Shown: one piece after another, positions 13,644-25,663 of the stretch
Layout of the letters: each line of letters opens with the position of its first letter
How positions within the stretch are numbered: position 1 is the first letter of the stretch
Position numbers and translations under genes: made by a program
From: Convolutriloba macropyga
Taxonomy: Eukaryota
NCBI RefSeq assembly: GCF_964194025.1
Contig: NC_134468.1
Coordinates: forward strand, 68,448,001 to 68,512,000
Length of the DNA: 64,000 nucleotides
Direction of reading: 5' to 3'
Notes under the pieces: model-generated
Told to the model about the DNA's origin: nothing
The model's database searches: none
Seen by the model: only the letters and a program-made list of their open reading frames with translations

Positions 13644-13805
13644 TTTTTCGTCTGACCCATTTGACTTTTCGTCCTCAAAAACGGGATAAACAGGTAGCAC
13701 CCAGCAGGCATTAAGTTCTCTTTTGAAGCCTTTCAGCTCACTAGTCTCAAAGTATGCGATTCACAGAAACTGTTTTGGAGACTTATACTTCTGGTGTGAA
13801 GGGCG
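13644..13805 (+). repeat. Dispersed host repeat (copy 1)
   Basis: ttttcgtctgacccatttga.ttttcgtcctcaaaaacg.gataaacaggtagcacccag...ttttggagacttatactt.tgg matches 28503-28655. Confidence 0.88.
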
Positions 13806-13933
13806 GTACTTCACACCAGCAATTCGCTTTGATGTTACTCGGTTATTTTTTGTGTTAAGTTTGTTTGTGTCAGAAAATTTGAGCTACTCGTGACAAATTT
13901 TGGTTCGATTATCGTTAAAATGTGTCTGATTAG

Positions 13934-14619
13934 GTGCTGGCAAAGAAGACACATTGAAGCTTCTGGCCAAGGAGAAAGACGTCATCATAATCGGAGGAGG
14001 TGACACTGGCAATGATTGCATCGGAACCTCTCTCCGTCAGGGAGCCAAATCAATTACCAACTTCGAAATCCTGCCTGAGTCACCCGAAACACGAGCGGAT
14101 GACAATCCCTGGCCTCAGTGGCCCAAAATCTTCAGGACAGATTATGGACATTCAGAAGTCAAAGCCAAATTCAAATCCGACCCTAGACAGTATTGCATTT
14201 TGAGCAAGAAGTTCACCACTGATGAGAACAACAATCTAACTGGGGTCGATACCGTTAAAGTCAAATGGACTAAAGATCCCAGCACTGGTCGGTTCAATAT
14301 GGCCGAGATTCCTGGGAGCGAATCTCATTTTAAAGCAGATATGGTTCTGTTAGCCATGGGATTCTTGGGTCCAGAGAAAACAATAGCCAGTGAATTGAAA
14401 CTGAACCTGGACAATAGGGGCAATATTAAATGTGGCGGCGAAGGTCCCAAGAAGTACAAGACGTCGGTCAGTCGGGTGTTCGCGGCCGGTGACTGTCGGC
14501 GAGGCCAAAGCTTAGTAGTTTGGGCAATTAACGAAGGTCGTCAAGCTGCTAGGGAGGTGGACATCTTCCTTATGGGAAAAACTACGCTTCCACTCACTGG
14601 TGGCATATCAATGTCATAA
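13934..14619 (+). CDS. GLT1: NADH-GOGAT terminal exon D (NAD(H)-binding beta-subunit-like C-terminus)
   Basis: Acceptor TAG at 13931-13933, with phase matching exon C. Motifs IIGGGDTGNDC, NPWPQWP, FAAGDCRRGQSLVVWAINEGR. Stop TAA at 14617-14619. Confidence 0.97.
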
Positions 14620-17199
14620 ACATAGACTTAACTTAACTTTGAAAACTTTGAACTTAGACCTCAAAAGTTAGTCATCTGGTATACACATTTAGCAACTCAT
14701 CAAAAATCAAATAATGTATATGACGTAATAGGTTCTCCCAAGCTGCCAAATGATATAGCCGAAAATAAGTTAGCTAATGTAATTAGGTAAGGTTTTGCGA
14801 TTTTAACGCTTTTATCTAAATTTCACAAAAGTTATGAGATGCACAAAAAGGCTTGGAGATCCTATTAAGTAGTAAAGTCTGCAAATTTTTATTCATGTGC
14901 TTGAACGGAAGATGTTTTAATGGCTTTTACTAAGCTGCAGTGAAAGTTCAAATATGTTATGGTGCGAACAAGCTTTATAATTATGTAAATTAATGCTGCA
15001 GAAATTGGCCTCCATGTGAAATTGTCCCTTATTTACCAATGAAACACTGCGTTGAAATGTAATTTAATGGGTTCTTAAGAATGTTTAACCGGGGAAATGG
15101 GGGGGGGGGGGGGGTGTGGGGATTCACAGGACCATATGACATTACATGTTTGCTGTATTCCATAGTTTGTAACGGGATTGTATTTGTCCCTCCGAAAGTG
15201 CTCCTATCGCTTCTAATTTTTAAGCCAAGATGTTTAGAGAAAGTTAGATGTGATACGTTAGCTGTTTAAAACATATACCTGCAAGCTATATCGATAGATA
15301 CTACTACTCTTTTTGTCATTATTTCGATATATTTGAGCTATAAATGAAATTAGTGCTATTTTTGAATGTTCACCTTTTCTTACTTATTATTGTTCATTAG
15401 CTAGCTGACTGCCATAGACGGAGCTTGTTTTTAAAAGGTCACTTGTTTGTTACATTGCACATTGCTCTGCGCTGAAAATCTTAGGTCACATGAATGTGTG
15501 TATACTTTGAGGCAAAACACAGGAGGAGGCAATAAAAACAACAGCCGAGCGCGATATTAGCGGGAGTAAAATTTATGGACAAGGTTTGAAAATTGTCTGT
15601 CAGTCAGTCTGAAAATTGTCTGTCTGTCAGTATGACCCGAGATTTAAAGCAAAGTGGACCTTGCGAAGTGACTGATTTGATGATGACGATGATGCTAATT
15701 TATTAAGTGACAGATGTAGCTTGCTTGCACCACAATTGTTGGATCTAGCCAGACAAAACCACAAAGTAGGAAGGGCCATTCAAACAAAACTTCCGTAATT
15801 ACGTAATTTCTGCGTATTCGAATTCAGGCGTGATGTTGAGTGGCAAGATCGGACTGCTGAATCTTTGCTAACCATAGTTGATGCTTATTTAACATTAAGT
15901 TAAAAATATTTGGAATGACTTTATTCTTAATAGAACATTGTATCTTCTAATGTACATCGCTTACAAAATATAATCTGTAATATAAATCAGTTTTCTCCCA
16001 CTCAAGAAATTGAAAGAAATGGTCACATGAATCGGACTCCAACATCTGTGTTGTTGCCGAAAAAGGTTTGTTTTACAGTGGCTGAAAACTTCTTCACTAT
16101 TGCAACACCTTTGACTTTGACAATTGCAACCCTTTAACAATATTAACAAACGTATGTCACTGTAGAAATATTTTTCTGCTATTCCGATAAATAGGAAAAT
16201 CCAGATAAGTGAAACGTAAAGAGAGTGAGTTGACTCCCTCTTTAAAGCTGCTCGACTTGATCATGTTTCCAACATTTTGAGCTACTATTTACATTGTGAT
16301 TTTGACAGCCTTTTGATCAACATGTGGGACTAAAATTACTGCTTTTTAACGAAAACTGACAAACTTACATCTCCATTTTATCTTGAAATACTGTTGCAGT
16401 GTTTCTAAAAGAGTAATTAAATTTCTACCGATTCTCAGTCGAAGCATATAAATAGCGAGGAAAACGGATATTGAAGTAGGAACGAAAATGCTCTTGAGAA
16501 GCATGCAGTTTACCATGTATTTTGGCTACTTTAACGTTTACTTATGTTAATGAGTGTATTAGTCTTGATGGCCTTGTTTTGTTTTTCGTACTACCGTCTT
16601 TTTGTCTGATATTTTTGTTGAGTTTTCGTCTTCGAAAACTCGATAAACAAGTAAAGGGTAGAGGGAATTGAGTCGGTAAGCAGTTCTCCTAGAGGTTCAC
16701 GAGCCTCTGACTTCAAATCACCGAAGCTGCCGAATTGACAAGAATACCCTCTCTTAATCCCTCAGTACCCTCCAAATCTTTAGAGCCAAACAGTTTAAGT
16801 TAGCAATTTAGTGGTTCTAAATATTTAGATTAGTCGTGAAAAAATTTACATTACTCTGAAGCCTTTATTTTTAAAACAGTGTTTCGTATTACCGAATTTT
16901 GGCTCAGATTTTCAAATAACTTTCTTCACCCATGAGTTCCAGAGTTTTGGGCGAATGATTGCTCTCATGCAGAGTCTAAAGCAGCTTTGTTTATTTGTGG
17001 TTTTAATAATGAAAATATAAATCGCGCAGAACGATATTCCAGTCAATTTGATCTAATGTGTTAGTTGCTTTTCGTTGAAATCTATCTTTTTTTCTTGAAC
17101 GTTGTGTAATTTTGAATTCCTTAAATCCAATGAAGAGCAAGTGGACCACGTTGCTTAAAACCCGAGTAAAAAATTGACCAAAAACACGTGCGGGGCCGG

Positions 17200-18300
17200 A
17201 GAAAAATGCAAACATACGTAACATAAATCGGTTTTGCCGCAACGACTCTTGTTTGTCCATCTCGTCTAGGCAATGTATCCATAACACCTCGCAACGGCCT
17301 GCAACTTAATGGAGTTAGATGTTTTAACAATAACGCCATTTTTAAAAGTAGTCAATCATATCCATCTATTTTGATCGTCTGCTAGTGGTGCGCAGGTTTT
17401 CTTTTGCCAGACGTCTTTGTTAACTTTACATCAAATTTTCCACGTCTCGAAACCTACAGGGCGATGAAAGCCAAACTGTCCCGAATCGACGCTAGACAAG
17501 CAAATGGTTTTGCGTCTGTGGCCCCTCGTTGTCTCCTTGTTCGGCGACGTTTATCAAAGGTCGATAGTGGAAATTTGGCTCGGGTTCAAACAAAGTATGC
17601 GCTGAATATTCTTCCTGATCAGTGCGACTGATAGATTCTATTTTGAAGTGTGTAACTGGCTGTTGCTCTTTTCCGTGCAGACTGAGATGTTAAAACTGCG
17701 TCTACAGAAACAAAAAAATTTTCCATTTGATGCTTTCAAAAATCAGTAAATATTTTTCTGATCTTCATTGATCCTTATTATTGATGTGGAGAGTATTCTT
17801 TGTCCAACGCGTAGAAGAAAATCCAAATCCGTCGATGTTAGTTTATGAGATAATTAACGTGCATGCAATAATAAAGGGGAGCTAGCCTCAAGTTTTCGCT
17901 TCTAAGGTTTTTTGATTGTTTTGGATTCTTTTGAAAAGTGTATAGCAGGCGCAACAAGCGTGATTAAGTTGAACTGAAACTGAACTTAGATAGGGGTGCC
18001 AACTGCAAAAGCGCTGAGTTGGCATTAGTTTTTGATGCTCCGATCACAATTAAACGCGTATTAAACATCAAAAAAGTTCAGTTTTCAATTTTGTTGGGAG
18101 CCGGCCAGTTTTTTTTACTAGGCTTCTCAAGCGACTCGCTCTCGGAGATTCTTTACCTGGACTAAAGATTTATTTGGATCAGTGTATAATGTATTCCCGT
18201 CTGTGTCGAGCAGAATTAATTCTTTCTTGACCAATGGTTTAGATGAAACGAGTGACCAGAAATCTTTTTTAAATCATTTTTTGGATTTCAATTGAATTTT
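17200..18300 (-). mobile_element. Decayed BEL/Pao LTR retrotransposon pol remnant (integrase and C-terminal DUF5641-like region)
   Basis: Minus-strand fragments broken by stops and frameshifts: HYRPLINVAEQGDNEGPQTQNHLL (cf. LN.RPL......D...LTPNHFL), RRLAKENLRTTSRRSK (cf. .R...EYL..L..R.KW) and LLKHLTPLSCRPLRGVMDTLPRRDGQTRVV (cf. WPLGRV....PG.DG..RVV). The upper boundary is approximate. Confidence 0.7.
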
Positions 18301-18549
18301 TGAATCCAAAACTCAGGATAACAAAAACTTATGAAAACTTTTCTGGAACTGCTTATATTGTTTTTCGAGCGAATATTTTTCGGCAAATGTAATCGGCGGT
18401 TGTTTAAGCTTCTGCGCTTGTACATACCAAATTTTTGTTACGACCCCTCTTGAGGGGGGGGGAACAATATACTCAAATGGGTTTTTTTTTGTTCAGACAA
18501 TTTTGACCGATCGATATATTCATCGTAGAGATTTGAGACTGGTAAAATT

Positions 18550-21500
18550 TCGCCAATTTTTCTAAATTTTCTTCAAAAATTTTTCAACAAAATGTTGTTG
18601 ATTTTATTTTTAAAAACAAAGAAATCGTCGGCTATTTTTATTTACTTTTTTGTCAAAAATTCTGGCTAAAAATTTCACATAATTCCGACTTTTTCAATAA
18701 AAACAGCACGAAATAATTTTCTTTTGTTTACTTTGGTTAAATTTGCAGGAATTGCACACCCAAACACCACTAACACAATTTTTGTGGACTCAGAAGGAGG
18801 TTCTTTCTACTTCGATTTCCGTTGAGAGTGCTCAATAAATAAAACTTTGCCGTTTTGTTGCTATCTTTATTCGTTGATTATCAAAAACTCAGCATTTCTT
18901 TTGATTTTTTAACTAACAAAATAACTATATCTATAATATTCAAAAAATGTGTTCTTAATCGACAAACAGCATTAGCAGAGCTAATTTCACACCAACGTTG
19001 GACTGTTACAATCCAAAAATAATCCGGATTGTAATCAGTAGGTCTTTTTTATTAATAAAAATTCAATCTTTTTTCTACATTAATTAAATAACAGAACATT
19101 TCAAAGCAACGCTCACTAATTAGAGGTCCAATTGGATTCGTTATTAGCTCCACATTGTTGTATTTAGTTGATTACTTAAAAGCTCATAGTTGTTCTTTTG
19201 ACTTTTAAGAGTATTTGATTTTTGAATAAAAAATGACCTATTAAATTTTGCCTCTATTTTTCTCTTAATTTGGTCATTTTTTAGCTTATTGTCAGCAGGG
19301 AAAGAATGCCTCTTCTTTCTATTGAAATCAAATTTAATATTTATTGCAGTTGTACCCTTTAAATTATGTTTTTCTGGCTTTGATATTACTAGATTTCACA
19401 TTTTTTATAAAATTTATTTTTAGGTATTTGCCCATTTTTCACGTTTCCTAGTTTTGTCACATTATCACAACAGTTCGTATATCGCATTATTGGCTTTCAA
19501 ATTACGACACAATTGATAATATTAAATTCCTTGAAGATATAGATTTTACCGGCTTCGACACTACTTTCTCGAAGAATTTATTTGAATTTTTTTTTAAATT
19601 TTGTCTTTAACTGTCCTTTTTACTTCGTCGTTTTAGTCGTCTGAAAATTCCAGTACAATGACCCGGTTTCAATGGTTTTTAATGGAGTTATAAATGATCC
19701 GATATTCTGATATAATTAGATAGCTGATGGCTTTCATGACTCTGAAAACAATTGTTTTATAAATTAAAAAAAAACTTTGTGACTTCGCAATTTTGCTCAA
19801 TTTATTGCCTGTTTGTTATCTAGCCTTGTTAATTACAAGCCAAATATGACATTAATGTTGTCGAAGGAAAGCTGCCTTAGGAAATGGTGTCACACAATCT
19901 AATGTTTTTAAAGAATTCGTTGACTTTACTGGCTTCGACCCGGAAAAAAAGTAAATTAACTTTTGATTCTTGTCATGTTTGACGTTCTTTTTGCAGAATT
20001 AAGACATATTCTGGATAATTTCCATTCTCATGGGCTAGCTTTGGAAGAATAAACGAATTTCTATAATTTTTTCATTCTGTAACTAATGGCGATCATGTCT
20101 TCGGAAATATTTTTTTTGAAGAAAATTAAAGTGTTACTTTAATTTGCATTTTTTATCATTTTTTTCTACTTGTTACCTAGCTTCAATAATGAGAGGTTAC
20201 ATAATACATTATTGGTACTCGCAGAAAGTGCAATCCAACATATTTTGATGGCCAGATTATGATATTACGGTTTCGAAAGCGTTTTCTGCCAAGTTTTAAT
20301 TGATTTTTTTTGTTGTCTATTTGTTGTTCTTTTTGTAACCGCATAGAAAATCGAATACCAGCAGTTCTTAATTCCTTCTATGGAAGAATTGGTGATTGTA
20401 AACCTATGGGATATTTTAGTTGGTTTCTGATAGTAGGTTTTTAAAAAAATTAAATAACAGAACATTTAAAATCAAAGCCCACTTGTGATAGATCCAATTC
20501 GCTTCCTAATTGCCTCCAAATCATTGTATCTGCTTTGTTACCCGAAAGCCTATGGTCATTTTGACATTTTAAAATATTTGATTTTTAAATAAAGAATGGC
20601 TGATTGAGTTTGCCTCCATTTATCTCTTAATTTGTTAAACTTGTAGCTTACTGTCAGCAATGAAAGAATGCTTGTTCTTCCTACTAATTCAAATTCAATT
20701 TTTATTGCGGTTTTACACCTTAAGTTATGGTTATCTGGCTTCGATACTACTAGATTTCACTTTTTTTATTTTCAAGTATTTTTCTTTTTTTCACGTTTCT
20801 CAGTTTTGTCACATTATCACTTTATTGACAGTTCATACATCACATTTTTGGCGTTCAAAATGAGGCACAATTATTAATATTAAAATTCTTAAGGATAGAG
20901 ACTCTGGTTTTAACGGCTTCGACAATACTTTCATGAAGAATTTATTTGAGTTTTATAATTTTGTCTTTGACTGTCGTTTTTACTTTGTCTTTTTAGTCGT
21001 ATGATTTTTCCTTTACAGTGACTTGGTTTCAGTGGCTTTTCATTGAAAAATAGATGGGCCGATATTCTGTTAGTAGTAGGTAGCTGATGGCTTTCACAAC
21101 TTTGAAAACAATCGTTAGTGTCAGCAGTGGAAGAATGCTTTTCATTTCTACTGACTTGAAATTCAATCTTTATTGCGGTTTACTCCTTAAGTTATGGTTT
21201 ACTGGCTTTTATACTACTAGATTTCACTTTTTTTTTATTTTTATGTATCTGCCCAATTTTCATGTTTTCTAGATTTGTCACATTATCACTTTATTGACAG
21301 TTCATACATCACATTTTTGGCGTTCAAAATGAGGCACAATTATTAATATTAAAATTCTTAAGGATGGAGACTCTGGTTTTAACGGCTTCGACAATACTTT
21401 CATGAAGAATTTATTTGAGTTTTATAATTTTGTCTTTGACTGTCGTTTTTACTTTGTCTTTTTAGTCGTATAATTTTTCCTTTACAGTGACTTGGTTTCA

Positions 21501-23250
21501 GTGGCTTTTCATTGAAAAATAGATGGGCCGATATTCTGTTAATAGTAGGTAGCTGATGGCTTTCACAACTTTGAAAACAATCGTTAGTGTCAGCAGTGGA
21601 AGAATGCTTTTCATTTCTACTGACTTGAAATTCAATCTTTATTGCGGTTTACTCCTTAAGTTATGGTTTACTGGCTTTTATACTACTAGTTTTCACTTTT
21701 TTTTTATTTTTATGTATCTGCCCAATTTTCATGTTTTCTAGATTTGTCACATTATCACGTTATAGACAGTTCATATATCACATTATTGGCATTCAATAAT
21801 ATTGATAATATTAAAACTTAAATCCTTAAAGATATAGATTGTGGTTTTTTACGTCTTCGACACTGCTTTCACGAAGAATTTAAATGACTTTTTTTTAATT
21901 TTGTATTCAACTGTCGTTTTTATTTGTCTTTTATTCGTATGAAACTTCCTGAACAATGACCTGGTTTCATTTGCTTTTCAAAGAGTAAGAGATAAGCTGA
22001 TATTCTGATACTTGAAGATGGCTGATGGCTTTCATGACTTTGAAAGCAATTGTTTTCCACAACAAAAAAAAAACAAATTTAACTTCGCAATTTTGTTCCT
22101 TTTATTTTCTGTTTTTTATCTAGTCTTGTTAATTACAGACCAAATATGACATCGCTATTGCCAAGGGAAAGTGTCAAAAGCGATTGTTGTCACAAAATCT
22201 AATTTTTTAAAAAGAATTCGTTTTGAATTTACTGGCTTCGACACTGGTTTTTCCCAAAAAAAAGTAAATGAATTTTTCATTTTTGTCGTATTTGAGGTTT
22301 TTTGTAGACGTAGAATAATTTCTGGATAACTATATGTATCAACGGCTTCATTTGAAAAAAGGAACCTAATTGATTATTTCATTTTGTAATAAATGGCTTT
22401 CATGTCTTCGGAAATAATTTTTTTCGAAAAAAACAAGTATTAATTAAATTTGCCGTTTTTTTCTTTTTTGCTTTCTTGGTACCTAGTTTCATTAATGAGA
22501 GGTCGTATAATACCTTATCGGTGTTCGAAGAAGGCACAGTCCAACATAATTTGAGGGCCAAAGGATGGCTTTACGGCTTCGAATGTGTTTTCTGGCAAGT
22601 TTTGTATGAAAGTGTTTTCTGGCAAGTTTTGAATAAGGACTAATGTATGAATACCAACAGTTCTTAATTCCCTTCTGTAGAAGCATAGACAATTCGCTTC
22701 TAATTCCCTCCCAACAGTTCATTACTTTGATATTAATTGTGTTTTTTTAAATAAGCGAACTTTCCAACTTTACTGTTTTTGTTCTTTATTGTCTAATTGT
22801 TGCCAAGTCTTATTATGGACTCGTCCCACGTCTTTTCTGATGAATTAGAAGTCATTTTATTGAATTTAATTTCTATCCGACGCTATTTTGACTTTGTTAT
22901 TAAGTTTTGTTTTTTAAAACGGACATAAAGTTTTTGATATAACAATTGTTTGTTGTTGTTTTTTGATTTTGATGTTCCCGTTGACTCGCTTTTTTAATAT
23001 TGACCTATCTCATCAATGCAATGCTTCATTTCTTACTCCACTGAGTTATTTTCTTTGGAGGCTATATTTTCGTTCAAACACCAATTTTTTTTTGAAAAAT
23101 TCTTGAATTTTTGGGTTTTTCTACCTGTTCCTCATTTGGTAGACAATTTTATGCCAAAATTGTGGATGAGCGCGGTCGGGACCTTATGTGCGATCGCACA
23201 TTGCCGAGCCTCCTTGTTGATTGAGCATTTAAGTTTTGTAATAACCTGAA
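18550..23250. repeat. Degenerate tandem repeat region (~1.4-kb periodicity), distantly related to the 4.27-kb satellite
   Basis: Landmarks recur at ~19093 and ~20460 (agaacattt...ccaatt). gtcacattatcac occurs at ~19456, 20807, 21277 and 21746 and also in the satellite (52615). cctcatttgg (23130) and aattagagg (19118) are shared with the satellite. Confidence 0.7.
20805..21770. repeat. Recent, near-perfect 469-bp tandem duplication
   Basis: ORF translations at 21087 and 21556 (offset 469) differ by one residue, and the nucleotide blocks match. Confidence 0.93.
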
Positions 23251-25629
23251 TTGCGTTCATAATTATTTATCGTTTGTAGAGACTTGTGCGCTCGATTTGA
23301 GCAACATTTGTGTTACAAGATGTTTATAGTGAGATATTCGCGCCATTATCAGACATGTTGTAGGTAGTTGCGGGAAATTCCTCCCTATAATTAGCATCAA
23401 AACCAATAACTAATTTTCGAATGAATTTTTTGAAGTAATGTAGATTGGGAGAACCAAATTATAGAGGAATTTTGAGCTGCTAGTTAGCTATAATTTTGTT
23501 GCATTTTACAAAGAAGAAAAGCTTCAGTATTCATAAACATTCTCGGAAACTCTAATTTGAGAATTCTCATTTTTTTGGCGCCAAAGTTTATTCTGAAATA
23601 CGAGCTTAATCTTTTGTCCACTTTTGTTGCGTTTTTAACCGACTATATTCCCATTTATGTTTTTTGTTCTCCTATTGTGGAATTTGCCTCAAGACCTCGG
23701 AGGCCATTTTTGATATCAGATCTGCACTTCACGCGCTTTTACTTGGCACCATGGTTATTTTCTAAAGATGCATAATTTTTGAAATTTTGGACGTCTTCGA
23801 AATTTTGAACGATGCTATATAATAGTAATAATAATTCTGTGATCTATTAATATTAGTTGTCATGATACTGCTGTGATTATTGACGTGAAGTCGAAGCGGC
23901 CGTGAAAAGAAAAGAGGTCCCCCCTTTATTGCAAACAAAAAATCCGGAAAAAAGCTTCAGTTTTTATTAAGTTTGGTCAAAATTTTTGAGAATTCAGAAG
24001 CTGAGTGACATTCTTCCATATCTGCAAGAAGCTGTCAGTGTATTCTTTTTTGCTTTCAACTAGTAATGTAAATTCGTGGCGACTATTAATAATACAATTC
24101 AAGGTGTTTTTAACGCTTCAATAACTCGTTTTAAATTTTTTCTATCATTTTTGTTCTCTTAACAGCTAGCTACAAATTACATGCAAAAGCGCGGTGTTTT
24201 TAGCTTTAACATTATTATTTCATTTGTTAATTCAGAGATTAAATTAATCTGCCGGAAAGGAAAACAATAAATACATTAGTCAAGTTTGTCTGGAGCCGTG
24301 AACGAAAGCAGAAAAGTTAGTTGATGTTGAAAACTCCATTAATACCACTTTTTATAGAATTCAGTTCAATAAAAAATTGTTTGGGCAGTCAGCCGAAAAT
24401 GGTTGTGAATGCTTTGCATCACAAAACTAAATGTGCTTAAGAAATAGTAATTTTTAAAATTAAAAAAATTTGGTCATGTTATTCTGTTATTCTTCTTTTA
24501 GACCAAAATTCAACACCCCCCCCCCCCCCCCCCCCCCCACCATTTTCATTAGTCCTTATTTACTTATTTTGTTATTTTCATTAATTTTGATCCTCACATG
24601 CAATGGTACCGCAATACTTTAATTCCTGATGTAATTTACAAATTTAATTGTAAATAAAAAATCTGAAATGAAAGGTAACGTACATAGATCAACGGAAAAA
24701 ATATTAGAACAGTCTAAACCCGGCAGCATGGTCTGTGTAGATATAGTGAAGCTTGACGGAATGAATTATGCTAACTGCGCTTTTCCAAAATTGGGTCTTG
24801 CGGTCGCAATATCACCCCTGAGACGAAACTTGAGAAGGATAATAGTAACTGGTAGTGACAATTCAATTTAACTGCTATGTTCTATCCTCAGTTTATTTTC
24901 CCATTTTCATGCACAAGTTCGGTTTTCATATTCTCTGTCCGCATTAAAATTCATTTTTAATCTGGAAGAAATTATCAAGACATCTTATCTATTCTGGTCA
25001 ATAACTACTTTCAAAGAGAAGTTTAAAAATAGTTCTAGTATCTCCGTAGAATATGAATAATTGAGTTTCCATCTGTTTTAAACATATACAAAATTTTGTG
25101 CTACTTGGTAACCTGTCTTGAGCTATTTCGCTTCTTGGGCTACAGAAAAATCCTTGTGAAAAATTCTTGAAAGATCGCAAATTTAGATTAGTTTTCAGGT
25201 ATCGCTTCAAAAATTGCTTGTTCATGACAGGGCAAAATTTGAGGACAAATATTTTATATAAAGGGGAAACCTGAAGTGTTCAGAGCGAATATGGACGCCA
25301 GATTGTTCGTAGTGGGTTCAAAATTACAAAATCTGCAACCCTCTAAAATTGCATGCAAGCAAATACCAACGTACAAAAGTCTGAACATGAACGGGAAAAA
25401 TATCTGGTCTTGAGCGAAAATCTTTTCGTACGCTCATCAATCAGTCGCGTGTTCACATCCAGGCTTTTATGTAATCACCAGACGCAGAAAATGTTATACG
25501 AGATAGCAATATCTGATCGTCTGAAATTTTTTTTACACTGAATCATATTGTCCATAAAATCAACTTGATCACAACATGATAACAAACACGTGAAACAAAG
25601 CAAAGAATTAAAAGCACCAAGTCTAAATA

Positions 25630-25662
<33 letters not shown>
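25630..25662. repeat. Compound (GT)n(GA)n microsatellite
   Basis: Directly visible in the sequence. Confidence 0.93.
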
Positions 25663-25663
<1 letters not shown>

